64,000 nt of DNA from Pseudomonas sp. GTDB lineage: Bacteria; Pseudomonadota; Gammaproteobacteria; Pseudomonadales; Pseudomonadaceae. The translations under genes and the position numbers were made by a program. The stretch lies in assembly GCF_030603065.1 (NCBI RefSeq), contig NZ_JAUVYN010000002.1. One strand, written 5' to 3'. The notes below the pieces were generated by a model that was not told the DNA's origin, did not search any database, and saw only the letters and a list, made by a program, of their open reading frames with translations. This document shows positions 46,824 through 57,423 of this stretch, piece by piece (position 1 is the first letter of the stretch; every line of letters starts with the position of its first letter).

Positions 46824-49800
46824 TCAGGCCGCTTGCGGTCGCCCCGTCAGTCTTGCAGTGAAGCGCTCGGCGATGCCATTAATGATCAGATACAGGCAAG
46901 GCACTACGATCAGCGTCAGCAGCATGGAGAACATCAGTCCACCGACCACGGTGAGTGCCAGCGGCCGCATGATTTCGGCGCCTTCACCCATGCCTATGGC
47001 CAGCGGAAGCATGCCCAGCACCGTGGTCAGAGTGGTCATCAGAATGGGTCGCAGGCGCACATGGCCGGCGCGGACGATTGCGTCCCGGATGGCAAGCCCC
47101 TGATCACGCCGACCGATTTCGATGTATTCCACGAGAAGAATCGCGTTGTTGACCACGATCCCGATCAGCAGAATAAGGCCGATCAGCACCGGCGCGGAGA
47201 CCGGTGTGCCGGTGGCCCACAGCAGCAGGCTGACGCCAACCAGCGATAGGGGGGCGGCAGCCATGATGATCAGCGGGTTGCTCAATCGCTCGTATTGCAC
47301 CGCCAGAACCACGAACACCAGAAAGATCGATAGCAGTACCACCAGGCCGATCTCGCGGTTGGTGTCCTGGATGGTTTCCCACTGCCCCCCATATAACAGG
47401 CTGTAACGATCCGGGATCGGCAGGTCAGCCAGGCGCGCCTCGACCTCGGCCATCACCGAACCTACGTCGGCCACAGCGGTGTTGATATCGCCGACCACGC
47501 GCACGATCCGGCTCTGGTTCTCGCGGTAGATGGTCGAGGGCCCTTCCCCCAGCTCCAGGCTGGCTACGTCCCTTATCCGTACCGGGCCCTGATCGGCATC
47601 GCGCAGAAGCATCAGGCTGCCCAGGGCGTCGGCGTCTTCGGTGAGCGGGTAGGGGAGACGCACGCGCAGGTCGTACTCCTGATTGGCATCGATGTAGCGA
47701 GTCGGTACGGCGCCATCAACCGCATCGCGCATCGCCTGGCCGATATCGCCGACACGCAGGTCGTACTGGGCAGCACGCTGACGGTCGACGAAAAGGCGCA
47801 GCAACGGAGCCTGATCCTCGCTGCCGCTGTCGATCCCCTGCAGCCCCGGAATGCCCTGTAAGCGCTCGGCGATCTGGTTGCCCAGCTCCTGCAACACCTT
47901 CAGGTCCGGCCCGGTTATACCGATCTCGAGGTCGTTGCCTTCGTTGGTGAAACGCAGACCCCGCAGCTGTGGTGGACGCGCGAAGACCCGCGCGCCGGGC
48001 AAATCCATTTCCCTTACTTCGCGCTGGGCGTCAGCGATCCAGATGCCTGCCGGCATGTCCGGGCGCTCGCTCGAGGGCGTGAGCTGTATCAGAAACATCA
48101 GCGAGCCAGCCCGCTCACTTACGATTCCGCCCCAGAGCGCACCGCCGACCAGCGAAAACACGTTCTGCACATGCTCGCGGCTCAGCAGCATCTGTTCGAC
48201 TTGCCGCGCCTGATCCTGTGCCTGTTCCGGCGGCGTGCCGGCCGGTAGCGTGATACGTATCTGCACCGCGCCGTCGTCCATCTGTGGCAGGAACTCGCTA
48301 CCGAGTTGGGTGAACAGCCAGGCCGCGCCGCCCAATGTCAGGGCGGCGATACCGAGCACCAGCCAGCGCAGGTCCAGGAGTCGGGGCAGGGTTCGAGCGT
48401 AGATGGCGCGCAGCGTGTCGACCATTCGACCAAAAAAGCGGACAGGCAGGCTCCTGCCCAGTCCACTGCCACCGGCCAGCCTGCCTGTAAGAGCGGCCAG
48501 TGTCGGCACCAGGGTCAGCGCGGCTGCCAGGGTCGCAATAATTGCAAAGGCGATGGTCAGGATCATCTCGTTGAATACCAGTGCCGCCACGCCGCTCACC
48601 AGCAGGAAGGGCAGCACTGCGGCCAGATTGGTGAAGGTGCCCGCGGTGATCGCCGAGACCACTTCGGCCGCGCCGTCGCGCGCGGCCTGGTCCGGCGATT
48701 TGCCGAGATCGTCGCGATGCCGGTAGATGTTCTCCAGCATCACGATGGCATTATCCAGCAGCAGGCCGACGCCAAGCGCCAATCCGCCCAGGCTCATGAT
48801 GTTGAGCGTCAGTCCGCCCATACCCATCAGGCTGAAGGTGGCCATTACTGCGATGGGGATGGAGATGCCGATCACGAACCCCTTGCGCAGGCTGCCGAGG
48901 AACATCAGCACCATCAGCATCGCCAGGGTTCCACCGAGCATTGCCGCCGAGCTGACGCTGGACAGCGCGCCCCGGATAAAGAATGTCGGGTCCTGGGTTG
49001 GCTGGAAGCTTATGTCGGCCGGAATGAATCCGGAGCGTTGCAGGCGCTCCAGGGTACGGCGGACCTCATCGGCTACCGCTACGGTGTTGGCGTCCGGAAG
49101 TTTGTAGACCGAGACCTGCGCCGCGGGCGTACCGTCCAGCCGCGCGAACACCCGCTGCCTACGGTGGCCGTCGCGCACCTCGGCCACGTCGGCGAGACGG
49201 ATGTTGCGTCCGAAGGACGACACTTCGCGCGGCAATGGCAGCAGGACGTCCTCGATCTGTTCGAGTGAAGTGAACAGCCCCTCGGTTTTGCCGGCCACGT
49301 CGAAATGATCCGAGGTGATACGGCCGATTGCCATGTCACGGTTTTCCCGAGCCAGGGTATCGCTGACCTGTTGCAGGCTTATGCCGTAGGAGTGCAGGCG
49401 ATCCGGGTCGACGATGACCTCTATCTCGCGAACCATTCCCCCTGCGGATTCCACGGAAGACACGCCAGGAATGCTGATCAGTTGTGGCGTCAGGGTATTC
49501 TCGATCCAGTCGTTGACCGCCGCCTCGCTGCGCACGGTGGAGCTGAAGCCGCCCTGCCAGATGGCCTGTTGCCCGGGATCGAACTTGCGCACTCGGGGTG
49601 GATCCATGTCCGGTAGCAGTGCTCTGGCCTGCTCCAGGCCACGGGCGGTGTCCTGCAGCGCCAGATCGAGGTTGGTTCCAAATTCGAAGGTCAGGTCCAC
49701 GTCGGTGCGGCTGTCTTCGACGCGGCTACTGATCAGCCTGAGATTCTCGGTATCGGCCAGATTGCGTTCCAGGACCCGTGTGACCTGTTCTTCGAGAACT

Positions 49801-49982
49801 TCCGCCGACACGCCAGGCTGGTTAACCGTGACGCGAATCTGTGGATAGTCGATGGCGGGCAGAAGGTCGATCGGTAGACGCTGGAGAAAATACAGCCCGA
49901 TTACCAGCACCACCGAGGCCAGTGCCAGGGTGCCGACCGGCCGGCTTATTGCAAGCCCGGCGATGCCGCCACGTACACTCAT
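46824..49982 (-). CDS. RND efflux transporter permease (AcrB/AcrD/AcrF family), paralogue 2
   Basis: 1052 aa with a 12-TM topology and two large periplasmic loops. Motifs seen are SLGGLALGVGLLLDNAIVMLENI and GIVVNNAILLVEY. Confidence 0.92.
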   Translation of the reverse strand: MSVRGGIAGLAISRPVGTLALASVVLVIGLYFLQRLPIDLLPAIDYPQIRVTVNQPGVSAEVLEEQVTRVLERNLADTENLRLISSRVEDSRTDVDLTFEFGTNLDLALQDTARGLEQARALLPDMDPPRVRKFDPGQQAIWQGGFSSTVRSEAAVNDWIENTLTPQLISIPGVSSVESAGGMVREIEVIVDPDRLHSYGISLQQVSDTLARENRDMAIGRITSDHFDVAGKTEGLFTSLEQIEDVLLPLPREVSSFGRNIRLADVAEVRDGHRRQRVFARLDGTPAAQVSVYKLPDANTVAVADEVRRTLERLQRSGFIPADISFQPTQDPTFFIRGALSSVSSAAMLGGTLAMLMVLMFLGSLRKGFVIGISIPIAVMATFSLMGMGGLTLNIMSLGGLALGVGLLLDNAIVMLENIYRHRDDLGKSPDQAARDGAAEVVSAITAGTFTNLAAVLPFLLVSGVAALVFNEMILTIAFAIIATLAAALTLVPTLAALTGRLAGGSGLGRSLPVRFFGRMVDTLRAIYARTLPRLLDLRWLVLGIAALTLGGAAWLFTQLGSEFLPQMDDGAVQIRITLPAGTPPEQAQDQARQVEQMLLSREHVQNVFSLVGGALWGGIVSERAGSLMFLIQLTPSSERPDMPAGIWIADAQREVREMDLPGARVFARPPQLRGLRFTNEGNDLEIGITGPDLKVLQELGNQIAERLQGIPGLQGIDSGSEDQAPLLRLFVDRQRAAQYDLRVGDIGQAMRDAVDGAVPTRYIDANQEYDLRVRLPYPLTEDADALGSLMLLRDADQGPVRIRDVASLELGEGPSTIYRENQSRIVRVVGDINTAVADVGSVMAEVEARLADLPIPDRYSLLYGGQWETIQDTNREIGLVVLLSIFLVFVVLAVQYERLSNPLIIMAAAPLSLVGVSLLLWATGTPVSAPVLIGLILLIGIVVNNAILLVEYIEIGRRDQGLAIRDAIVRAGHVRLRPILMTTLTTVLGMLPLAIGMGEGAEIMRPLALTVVGGLMFSMLLTLIVVPCLYLIINGIAERFTARLTGRPQAA

Positions 49983-49991
49983 CGCGCGAGG

Positions 49992-51047
49992 TCACTCATG
50001 CAGCGTCACCACCCGTACGGCCTGATCGTCGGACATATCGATCGGATTGCTGGCAAGGATCAGCTCGCCTTCGGCGAGTCCGGCGGTGATCTGGGTCCAG
50101 CGCCCGCGCACTATGCCGATTTCGACGGCTCGGCGCCGCAATCGGTCATCTTCGATCAGGTACAGGTAGTGCCCTTCGGCGTCGTTGCCAAGTGCGGCGG
50201 AGGGCACCACGAGGGTATCCGGTCGCAGGTCGATGCGGGTATCGATTCGCGCCAGAAAGCCGGGCCGCACCCCTTGTTCATAGGCGCCTTCAGGAAGACT
50301 GACTTCCACACTGGTCAGGCGGCTGGTGCCCTGCGCCGCAGGGAAGATACGCCGTATCCGACCTTCGAGCGCGAGTTCGGGTAACGCATCGAAACGCAGA
50401 GGGATGGTCTGGTCGGGCGCAAGATGGACCACATCCATCTCCGACACACCCAGGCGCAGCACCAGTTGCTGCAGATCGGCGAGCTCGAACAGAGTGTCCT
50501 GGGACTGCACTGCTTCGCCAGGTTCGATGTGGCGGGCCACCACTGTGCTGCTCTGCGGCGCCTCTACGCGACCGTAGGCGGCACGACTGGCCCAAAGCGC
50601 GCGGTGGCTTTCGGCAACCTCCATGGCGACTCGGGCGGTCTGGAACTCCAGTTCGGTAGCTACTCCCCGACGACGCAACTCGACCGCCCGCTCGTAGTCC
50701 AGGCGGGCCGAGGCCAGCTCTGCCTCGGTGCGCTGCAACTCCGCTTCGGCTTCACTGACATCCAGGCGGGCGAGTAGCTGACCACGGGTGACCTGAGCAC
50801 CTTCCTCCTGCAGCACCTCACGCACTGTGCCTTCGGTCCGCGCTGCCAGCCGAATCAGGCTGCGCGGCTCTACCGGCGCGGCCAGGCGCAGGGGGCGCGA
50901 CAGGTCGCGGGTTTGTGCCTCGAAGGCGGCCACCGGAGTTGCTGGCCGCTGGCTTGCGGTCGGCTCGGATTCCGTGCTGCAGGCGGCCAGAAAGAAGGCC
51001 AGGGCAGCGGCGAGCAGAGGTCGGACGATACGGGGTGCCTCGTACAT
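49992..51047 (-). CDS. RND efflux periplasmic adaptor (membrane fusion) lipoprotein
   Basis: The lipobox is FFLAAC. The lipoyl/hairpin pattern is GTVREVLQEEGAQVTRGQLLARLD...coiled coil...VEAPQSSTVVARHIEPGE. Its stop lies 9 nt before paralogue 2. Confidence 0.88.
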   Translation of the reverse strand: MYEAPRIVRPLLAAALAFFLAACSTESEPTASQRPATPVAAFEAQTRDLSRPLRLAAPVEPRSLIRLAARTEGTVREVLQEEGAQVTRGQLLARLDVSEAEAELQRTEAELASARLDYERAVELRRRGVATELEFQTARVAMEVAESHRALWASRAAYGRVEAPQSSTVVARHIEPGEAVQSQDTLFELADLQQLVLRLGVSEMDVVHLAPDQTIPLRFDALPELALEGRIRRIFPAAQGTSRLTSVEVSLPEGAYEQGVRPGFLARIDTRIDLRPDTLVVPSAALGNDAEGHYLYLIEDDRLRRRAVEIGIVRGRWTQITAGLAEGELILASNPIDMSDDQAVRVVTLHE

Positions 51048-51176
51048 TCAATTCGAACCTTGATCAGCGGCGCGCGACTCGGCGGGGCCGGCGCGGGCCT
51101 TTCATGTTAACGGGCCGGGGCGAAGCAGGGGGTACTTCACTGCCATTCTTGCCCCGGGCATCTGTCGCAAAAGGTG

Positions 51177-54100
51177 TCACGCTGCTCCTGTCAGGGAGTT
51201 CGCAATGCGTTCAGCCGTACGGCTGCCAACAAGATACAGGCAGGGGATCACGAACAGAGTCAGCAGCATCGACACCATCAACCCGCCGACCACAGTCAGA
51301 GCCAGGGGTCGCAGCATTTCTCCGCCGTCGCCCAGTCCTGCAGCCAGTGGCAGCATGCCGAGCAGAGTGGTGAGGGTCGTCATGAGGATCGGGCGCAGCC
51401 GAACCTCCCCGGCCCTGATGATTGCCTCTTCCAGCGCGAGCCCTTCTTCACGCCGGCCACGTTCCATGTACTCCACCAGCAAAATGGCATTGTTGACCAC
51501 GATGCCAACCAGCAGGATGAGACCGATCAGGGCCGGTGCGGAAACGGGCGTATCGGTGGCCCAGAGCATAATGCTCACGCCGACCAGTGCCAGTGGCGCG
51601 GCAAGCATGATCACCAGCGGGTTGGTTAGTCGCTCGTATTGTACGGCAAGCACGACGAACACCAGGAAGGTCGCCATGAGGATCATTGCCAGCGTCTCCC
51701 GGTTGGTTTCCTGAATGGTCTCCCACTGGCCACCGTAGATGAGACTGTATCTGTCTGGAATCGGCAGATCGGCAAGCCGGGCGTCTACCTCGGCCATGAC
51801 CGAGGCCACGTCTGCGATGGCAGTGTTCAGTTCACCGGTGACGCGCACGATTCGGCTCTGATTTTCACGGGAGATACGCGCCGGACCTTCGCCGAGTTCG
51901 AAGCGGACCAGGTCACGTAGCAGTACTGGCGTAAATCCGTCCGCGATGAGCTGAATGTCACCGAGCGTTTCCGGGCCGGTTATGGCCTGGTAGGGGTAGC
52001 GGACACGGAGGTCGTACTCCTGATTCGATTCGATGAACCGGGTCGGGACCTGGCCTTCCACCGCGTTCCGCAGCGCAGTGCCTACATCCTCGATGCGTAG
52101 GCCGGCTTCGGCGGCCCTTCGGCGGTCGACGTAGGCTCGGAGCAGTGGGCTGCGGCTGTCACTGCCCCCGTCGACGCCTTCGAGTCCCGGTATTCCTTCC
52201 AGCCGCAGGGCAATTTCATTACCCAGTTCATGCAGGACTTTCAGGTCCGGACCGGTGATGCCGATCTCGAAATCGTTGCCCTGTGCGGTGAAACGCAGGG
52301 CGTGGATGCGCGGTGGCATGCCGAATACGCGCATCCCCGGCAGCTCGAGTTCGCGGACCGCTCGCTGTGCTTCTGACAGCCAGAGGCCCGCGGGCATGTC
52401 CGGGCGTGCGGCCGCGGGGGTCAGTTGAATAACGAAAATGCTGGTCGCCGCCTCCTCGCTGACCACGCCTCCCCAGAGTGCCCCGCCGGCGAGGGTGAAC
52501 AGATTCTGCACATGGTCGCGCTCCAGTAGCAGGGCTTCGACCTGACGTGCGTAGGCCTGAGTCTGTTCGGGTGGCGAGCCCGGGGGGAGGCGGGTGAAGA
52601 TGTGCAGGGAGCCATCGTCCATTTGCGGCAGGAACTCGTTGCCCAGTTCGCCAAACAGCCAGAGCGCCCCGACAAAGGCCGCTGCGGCAGCGCCAATCAC
52701 TGCCCAACGCCAGCGTAGGACCTTTGGCAGAACAGCCCGGTAACTCTGGGCGAGGCGAGCGACCCGGCCGTTGAATGAACGGATCGGCCGGCTGTTGGCG
52801 AGCCCGCTGGAGGCGCGAAGGCGGCTGAGCAGGGCAGCCAGCGATGGTACCAGCGTAAGGGCTGCGATGAGTGTGGCGATGATGGCAAAGCCAATGGTCA
52901 GAATCATTTCCTGGAAGACCAGCGAGGCGACGCCGCCTACCAGAAGGAAAGGTATAACTGCGGCCAGGTTGGTCAGCGTTCCTGCAGTTATTGCCGAGAC
53001 CACCTCCGCAGCACCCTCGCGCGCTGCAGTGTCAGCGTCCTTGCCGAGTTGCTCCCGGTGTCGGTAGATGTTCTCGAGCATCACGATGGCGTTGTCGAGG
53101 AGCAGTCCTACCCCCAGTGCAAGGCCGCCGAGACTCATGATGTTCAGCGTCAGACTGGCGGAGGCCATGAGGCTGAAAGTTGCCATGAGCGCAAGGGGAA
53201 TGGACAGTCCGATGACCAGTCCCTTGCGCAGGCTACCCAGGAACGCCAGAACCATGAGCATCGCCAGGGAACCGCCGAGCAGTGCGGCCATGCCCACGCT
53301 GGAGATGGCTCCGCGAATGAAGAACGCCGAGTCGCGGGTGGCCTCGAAGTGAATGTCCTGGGGAATGAATCCTGCCCGCTCGAGGCGCGCCAGGGTGGTG
53401 CGAACCTCATCGGCTACTGCCACCGTGTTGGCCTGGGGCAGCTTGTAGATCGAAACCTGGGTAGCGGGAGTGCCGTTCAGTCTGGAGAACACCCGCTGTC
53501 TGCGACTGCCGTCACGCACCTCGGCGACGTCCTGCAATTCGATATGTCGGCCGGCACCGGCCCGATCTTCCGGCAGGGCGATCTGGACACGCTCGATCTG
53601 GACGATGGAAGTGAATAACCCCTCGGTCTTGGCTGCGACGTCGAAATGGCTCGAGGTCACCCGTCCGATGGCAAGATCGCGGTTGTCCTCGGCGATCGCT
53701 CTGGCCACATCGTCAGGGGTCAGGCCATAGGAGTGGAGCCGCTGCAGGTCGAGGATCACTTCGACCTCCCGTACCATGCCGCCCACCGATTCCACCGACG
53801 ATACACCGGCTATCCCGATCAGTTGCGGGGCGAGGTAGTTGTCGATCCAGTCGGTCACCTCTGCCTCGCTCCGCACGGTAGAACTGAAGCCGCCCTGCCA
53901 CACGGATTGGCGCCCGGAATTGAATTTGCGTACTCGCGGCGGATCCATTTCCGGTAGTTGTCCACGGGCCTGCTCCAGGCCGCGGGCGGTATCCTGCAGC
54001 GCCAGGTCCACGTCTGTACCGATGCGAAAGCGCAAGCTGACGTTTGTCTGCCCCTCGCTCACGCGGCTGCTGATTCGCTCAAGATTCTCGGTGTCGGCAA

Positions 54101-54332
54101 GATTGCGTTCCAGCACCCGGGTGATCTGCTGTTCGATGACCTCGGCCGAGACGCCGGGGTAATTCACCGTAATCTGTACCTCGGGAAAGTCGAAGGCCGG
54201 CAGCAGGTCGATGGGCAGGCGCAATAGTGAGAACAGCCCGACGACCAGCACCACCGCGGCCATCGCGAGGGTGCCAACCGGCCTGCGGATGGCCAGGCCG
54301 GCAATGCCGCCGGTAGGGGAGGGTTCACTCAT
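51177..54332 (-). CDS. RND efflux transporter permease (AcrB/AcrD/AcrF family), paralogue 1
   Basis: 1051 aa counted from the ATG at 54332 (MSEPSPTGGIAGLAI), chosen by alignment with the N-terminus of paralogue 2. It has the same motif set as paralogue 2. The RBS is weak. Confidence 0.9.
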   Translation of the reverse strand: MSEPSPTGGIAGLAIRRPVGTLAMAAVVLVVGLFSLLRLPIDLLPAFDFPEVQITVNYPGVSAEVIEQQITRVLERNLADTENLERISSRVSEGQTNVSLRFRIGTDVDLALQDTARGLEQARGQLPEMDPPRVRKFNSGRQSVWQGGFSSTVRSEAEVTDWIDNYLAPQLIGIAGVSSVESVGGMVREVEVILDLQRLHSYGLTPDDVARAIAEDNRDLAIGRVTSSHFDVAAKTEGLFTSIVQIERVQIALPEDRAGAGRHIELQDVAEVRDGSRRQRVFSRLNGTPATQVSIYKLPQANTVAVADEVRTTLARLERAGFIPQDIHFEATRDSAFFIRGAISSVGMAALLGGSLAMLMVLAFLGSLRKGLVIGLSIPLALMATFSLMASASLTLNIMSLGGLALGVGLLLDNAIVMLENIYRHREQLGKDADTAAREGAAEVVSAITAGTLTNLAAVIPFLLVGGVASLVFQEMILTIGFAIIATLIAALTLVPSLAALLSRLRASSGLANSRPIRSFNGRVARLAQSYRAVLPKVLRWRWAVIGAAAAAFVGALWLFGELGNEFLPQMDDGSLHIFTRLPPGSPPEQTQAYARQVEALLLERDHVQNLFTLAGGALWGGVVSEEAATSIFVIQLTPAAARPDMPAGLWLSEAQRAVRELELPGMRVFGMPPRIHALRFTAQGNDFEIGITGPDLKVLHELGNEIALRLEGIPGLEGVDGGSDSRSPLLRAYVDRRRAAEAGLRIEDVGTALRNAVEGQVPTRFIESNQEYDLRVRYPYQAITGPETLGDIQLIADGFTPVLLRDLVRFELGEGPARISRENQSRIVRVTGELNTAIADVASVMAEVDARLADLPIPDRYSLIYGGQWETIQETNRETLAMILMATFLVFVVLAVQYERLTNPLVIMLAAPLALVGVSIMLWATDTPVSAPALIGLILLVGIVVNNAILLVEYMERGRREEGLALEEAIIRAGEVRLRPILMTTLTTLLGMLPLAAGLGDGGEMLRPLALTVVGGLMVSMLLTLFVIPCLYLVGSRTAERIANSLTGAA

Positions 54333-54560
54333 GGCGCAATAGGTGTCGTCAGGGGGTCTTTTTGGATGTCCATCTCGCGTCTGAATCAGAGGGGCTCTGG
54401 GTGGTAGAGCAGAGAACGGTAACAGCTGACTCTGGATCAAACCAGACCAGCGGTGCGGGCAGCGGTTCCGTATGGCTGAGTACCGGCTCGGTCGGGACGC
54501 TGATTTCGCAGCGACGGGCTGCTATTATCGATCACCGCTTCAACTTCCCTGGGAGGCTCC

Positions 54561-55433
54561 ATGGCCAATATTGCTTTTATCGGACTCGGCGTAATGGGAT
54601 ACCCCATGGCCGGCCATCTGAAGCGCGCCGGTCATGAACTCACGGTGTACAACCGCACTCGGGCCAAGGCCGAGCAATGGGTCGTGGAGCACGGCGGGCG
54701 GCTGGCACCCACTCCGGGCGAGGCGGCGAAGGACCAGGATCTGATCATGGTCTGCGTCGGCAACGACAGCGACCTGCGGGAGGTGATTTCCGCCGAGCAG
54801 GGCGTGCTGACCGGGGCGCGTAACGGCGCGGTGGTCGTCGACCATACCACCGCATCGGCCGACGCGGCACGGGAGATGGCCGCGGCTTGCGCAGCCAGGG
54901 GCGTAGGTTTTCTCGATGCCCCGGTTTCCGGCGGTCAGGCGGGTGCGGTAAGCGGGCAGTTGACCATCATGGTCGGGGGTGACGAGGCGGTCTTCGACCT
55001 GGCGAGGCCAGTTGTCAATGTCTATGCACGCATGGTTCGCCGCATGGGTGAGGTTGGCACTGGCCAGTTGACCAAGATGGTCAATCAGGTATGCATTGCC
55101 GGACTGATCCAGGGACTCGCCGAGGGACTCCATTTTGCGCAGCAGTCCGGCATTGATCCGGAGGCGGCAATGGCGGTCATCAGCAAGGGCGCTGCTCAAT
55201 CCTGGCAGCTTGAACACCGTCATCGCAGCATGATTGCCGGTGAGTTCGATTTCGGCTTTGCGGTGGACTGGATGCGCAAGGATCTTGGTATCGTGCTGGA
55301 CGAGGCCCGCCGAAATGGAGCCAATCTTCCGGTGACGGCTCTGGTCGATCAGTTCTACGCCGAGGTTCAGCGCATGGGTGGCGGCCGCTGGGATACTTCC
55401 AGTCTGATCGCCCGCCTCAATCGTGTGAAGTGA
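54561..55433 (+). CDS. NAD(P)-dependent oxidoreductase, 3-hydroxyisobutyrate dehydrogenase family
   Basis: The Rossmann motif is IAFIGLGVMGYPMAGHL. 290 aa. The RBS is GGGAGG. Confidence 0.88.
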   Translation: MANIAFIGLGVMGYPMAGHLKRAGHELTVYNRTRAKAEQWVVEHGGRLAPTPGEAAKDQDLIMVCVGNDSDLREVISAEQGVLTGARNGAVVVDHTTASADAAREMAAACAARGVGFLDAPVSGGQAGAVSGQLTIMVGGDEAVFDLARPVVNVYARMVRRMGEVGTGQLTKMVNQVCIAGLIQGLAEGLHFAQQSGIDPEAAMAVISKGAAQSWQLEHRHRSMIAGEFDFGFAVDWMRKDLGIVLDEARRNGANLPVTALVDQFYAEVQRMGGGRWDTSSLIARLNRVK

Positions 55434-55487
55434 CATATAACGAGGGGGCAGGCGTCAATCTGCCCTGATCAGCAGAGAGCTTGGATC

Positions 55488-55748
55488 GTGAGCATGACCT
55501 GTCGTGCGGGTTGCGGTGCCTGTTGCATTGCCCCTTCAATTTCATCGCCGATCCCCGGCATGCCCAATGGCAAACCGGCGGGGGTGCCTTGCATCCATCT
55601 TGATGCTGCGCGGCGCTGCGGCATTTTCCTCTCGCCCGAACGGCCAACGGTCTGTGCAGCGTTCCAGGCCGATCCGGTCGTCTGTGGCCGTAGCGCCGAT
55701 GAGGCGTTGATGATTCTGTCCTGGTTGGAGGATGAAACCGCCGCCTGA
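55488..55748 (+). CDS. YkgJ-family cysteine-cluster protein
   Basis: 86 aa. The pattern CRAGCGACC...PC..L....C.IF..RP..C is Cys-rich. The start is GTG at 55488 or ATG at 55494. Confidence 0.65.
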   Translation: MSMTCRAGCGACCIAPSISSPIPGMPNGKPAGVPCIHLDAARRCGIFLSPERPTVCAAFQADPVVCGRSADEALMILSWLEDETAA

Positions 55749-55765
55749 ACCAGCACCGTACTGAA

Positions 55766-55795
55766 ACAAAAAGCCCCGCCGAAGCGGGGCTTTTT
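55766..55795. terminator. Bidirectional intrinsic terminator between ykgJ-like gene and gltA
   Basis: The sequence is AACAAAAA-GCCCCGC-cgaa-GCGGGGC-TTTTT. Confidence 0.75.
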
Positions 55796-55810
55796 GCATT
55801 GCCATGCGGC

Positions 55811-57085
55811 TTACTTGCTCGGATAGTCGCGCTGAGTTGCGCCGGTGTACAACTGACGCGGGCGGCCGATCTTGTAGGGCATGCTGATCATTTCGTTCCA
55901 GTGCGCGATCCAGCCAGGGGTACGGCCAGTGGCGAAGATCACGGTGAACATTTCGGTCGGGATACCAATCGCCTTGAGGATGATCCCCGAGTAGAAATCG
56001 ACGTTCGGGTACAGATTGCGCTCGACGAAGTAGGGGTCGGTGCGGGCGATCTCTTCCAGCTTCATGGCCAGCTCGAGCTGCGGATCGTCGATGCCGAGCT
56101 CACTCAGTACCTCGTCGCAGGTCTGCTTCATGACCTTGGCGCGGGGGTCGAAGTTCTTGTAAACGCGGTGACCAAAGCCCATGAGCTTGAACGGGTCGTT
56201 CTTGTCCTTGGCCTTGGCTACGAACTTGTCGATGTTCGAGACGTCACCGATCTCGTCCAGCATCCGCAGTACTGCCTCGTTGGCGCCGCCGTGGGCCGGT
56301 CCCCAGAGTGCCGCAATGCCTGCAGCTATACAGGCGAAGGGGTTGGCGCCGGAAGAGCCTGCCAGACGCACGGTGGATGTGGAAGCGTTCTGCTCGTGGT
56401 CGGCATGCAGAACGAAAATGCGATCCATGGCCTTGGCCAGTACAGGATTGATCGGCTTGTCTTCACAGGGTGTGTTGAACATCATGTGAAGGAAGTTTTC
56501 CGAATACGACAGGTTGTTGCGTGGGTACATCATCGGCTGGCCGATGGAGTACTTGTAGACCATGGCGGCCAGGGTCGGCATCTTGGCAATCAGACGAATC
56601 GCGGAAATTTCGCGATGGTGCGGATCGTTGATGTCCAGCGAATCATGATAGAAGGCCGACAGGGCGCCGACTACACCGCACATGATAGCCATCGGGTGCG
56701 CATCGCGGCGGAAGCCGTTGAAGAAAGTCTTGAGCTGCTCATGAACCATGGTGTGGTTCTTGATGGTGCTGTCGAAACGGGTCTTCTCTTCTGCGTTGGG
56801 CAGTTCGCCCTTGAGCAGGAGATAGCAGGTTTCGAGGAAGTCGGCTTTCTCTGCCAACTGTTCGATCGGATAGCCGCGATGCAGCAGTACACCTTTCTCG
56901 CCATCAATGAAGGTGATCTTGGACTCGCAGGATGACGTGGCCATGAAGCCAGGGTCGAAAGTGAAGTAGCCCTCGCCACCTAGACCGCGCACGTCGACAA
57001 CATCCGGACCGAGAGTGCCAGAGTAAACCGGCAGATCGATGGGGGCAGCGCCCTCGATGATCAACTGCGCCTTTTTGTCAGCCAT
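55811..57085 (-). CDS. gltA: Citrate synthase (type II)
   Basis: The N-terminus is [12 protein letters not shown]. Active-site regions are [13 protein letters not shown] and [14 protein letters not shown]. The RBS is AAGGAGG. Confidence 0.93.
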   Translation of the reverse strand: MADKKAQLIIEGAAPIDLPVYSGTLGPDVVDVRGLGGEGYFTFDPGFMATSSCESKITFIDGEKGVLLHRGYPIEQLAEKADFLETCYLLLKGELPNAEEKTRFDSTIKNHTMVHEQLKTFFNGFRRDAHPMAIMCGVVGALSAFYHDSLDINDPHHREISAIRLIAKMPTLAAMVYKYSIGQPMMYPRNNLSYSENFLHMMFNTPCEDKPINPVLAKAMDRIFVLHADHEQNASTSTVRLAGSSGANPFACIAAGIAALWGPAHGGANEAVLRMLDEIGDVSNIDKFVAKAKDKNDPFKLMGFGHRVYKNFDPRAKVMKQTCDEVLSELGIDDPQLELAMKLEEIARTDPYFVERNLYPNVDFYSGIILKAIGIPTEMFTVIFATGRTPGWIAHWNEMISMPYKIGRPRQLYTGATQRDYPSK

Positions 57086-57423
57086 TGATGGCCTCCTTTT
57101 GCTGTATCGAAAGTGTGACCCCCCACGCAGGGCCCGCATCACTATAAGGTGATAATCCCGTTTGTCAATTGTACTGATAGTGTATGGATATCACCCCGAT
57201 TAAAAGCTCTCATAACGGCCGCAAAGCCGTGCGATAAGCGCTCAAACGCGCGTCATCAGACGGTTCAGGAAACAGTTGGTTGCATTGTAATCAAGGGGGC
57301 AAGTCTCTATACTCCTTGACCGGCAAAGTGACCCCTCAGTCTCCTCGGAGACGCCAGTTGAGCGGGCCACTGGGGTACCCACGCAAGTGCACCTTCCTAT
57401 AATCCAGCCCTGTCCACGGGGCC

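Noticed and set aside
51048-51176. A possible small ORF or remnant adaptor gene in the 129-nt gap between RND paralogue 1 and the adaptor gene.
   Set aside because: Only a 13-codon Arg-rich ORF (MKGPRRPRRVARR) is present and it has no RBS. The gap is too short to hold an adaptor remnant. It is more probably a structured GC-rich spacer.
57143-57423. Attempted assignment of sigma70 promoters in the gltA-sdhC divergent region, for example the TATAAT at 57397-57402.
   Set aside because: I found no acceptable -35 element at 16-18 nt spacing. Without TSS data any call would be guesswork.
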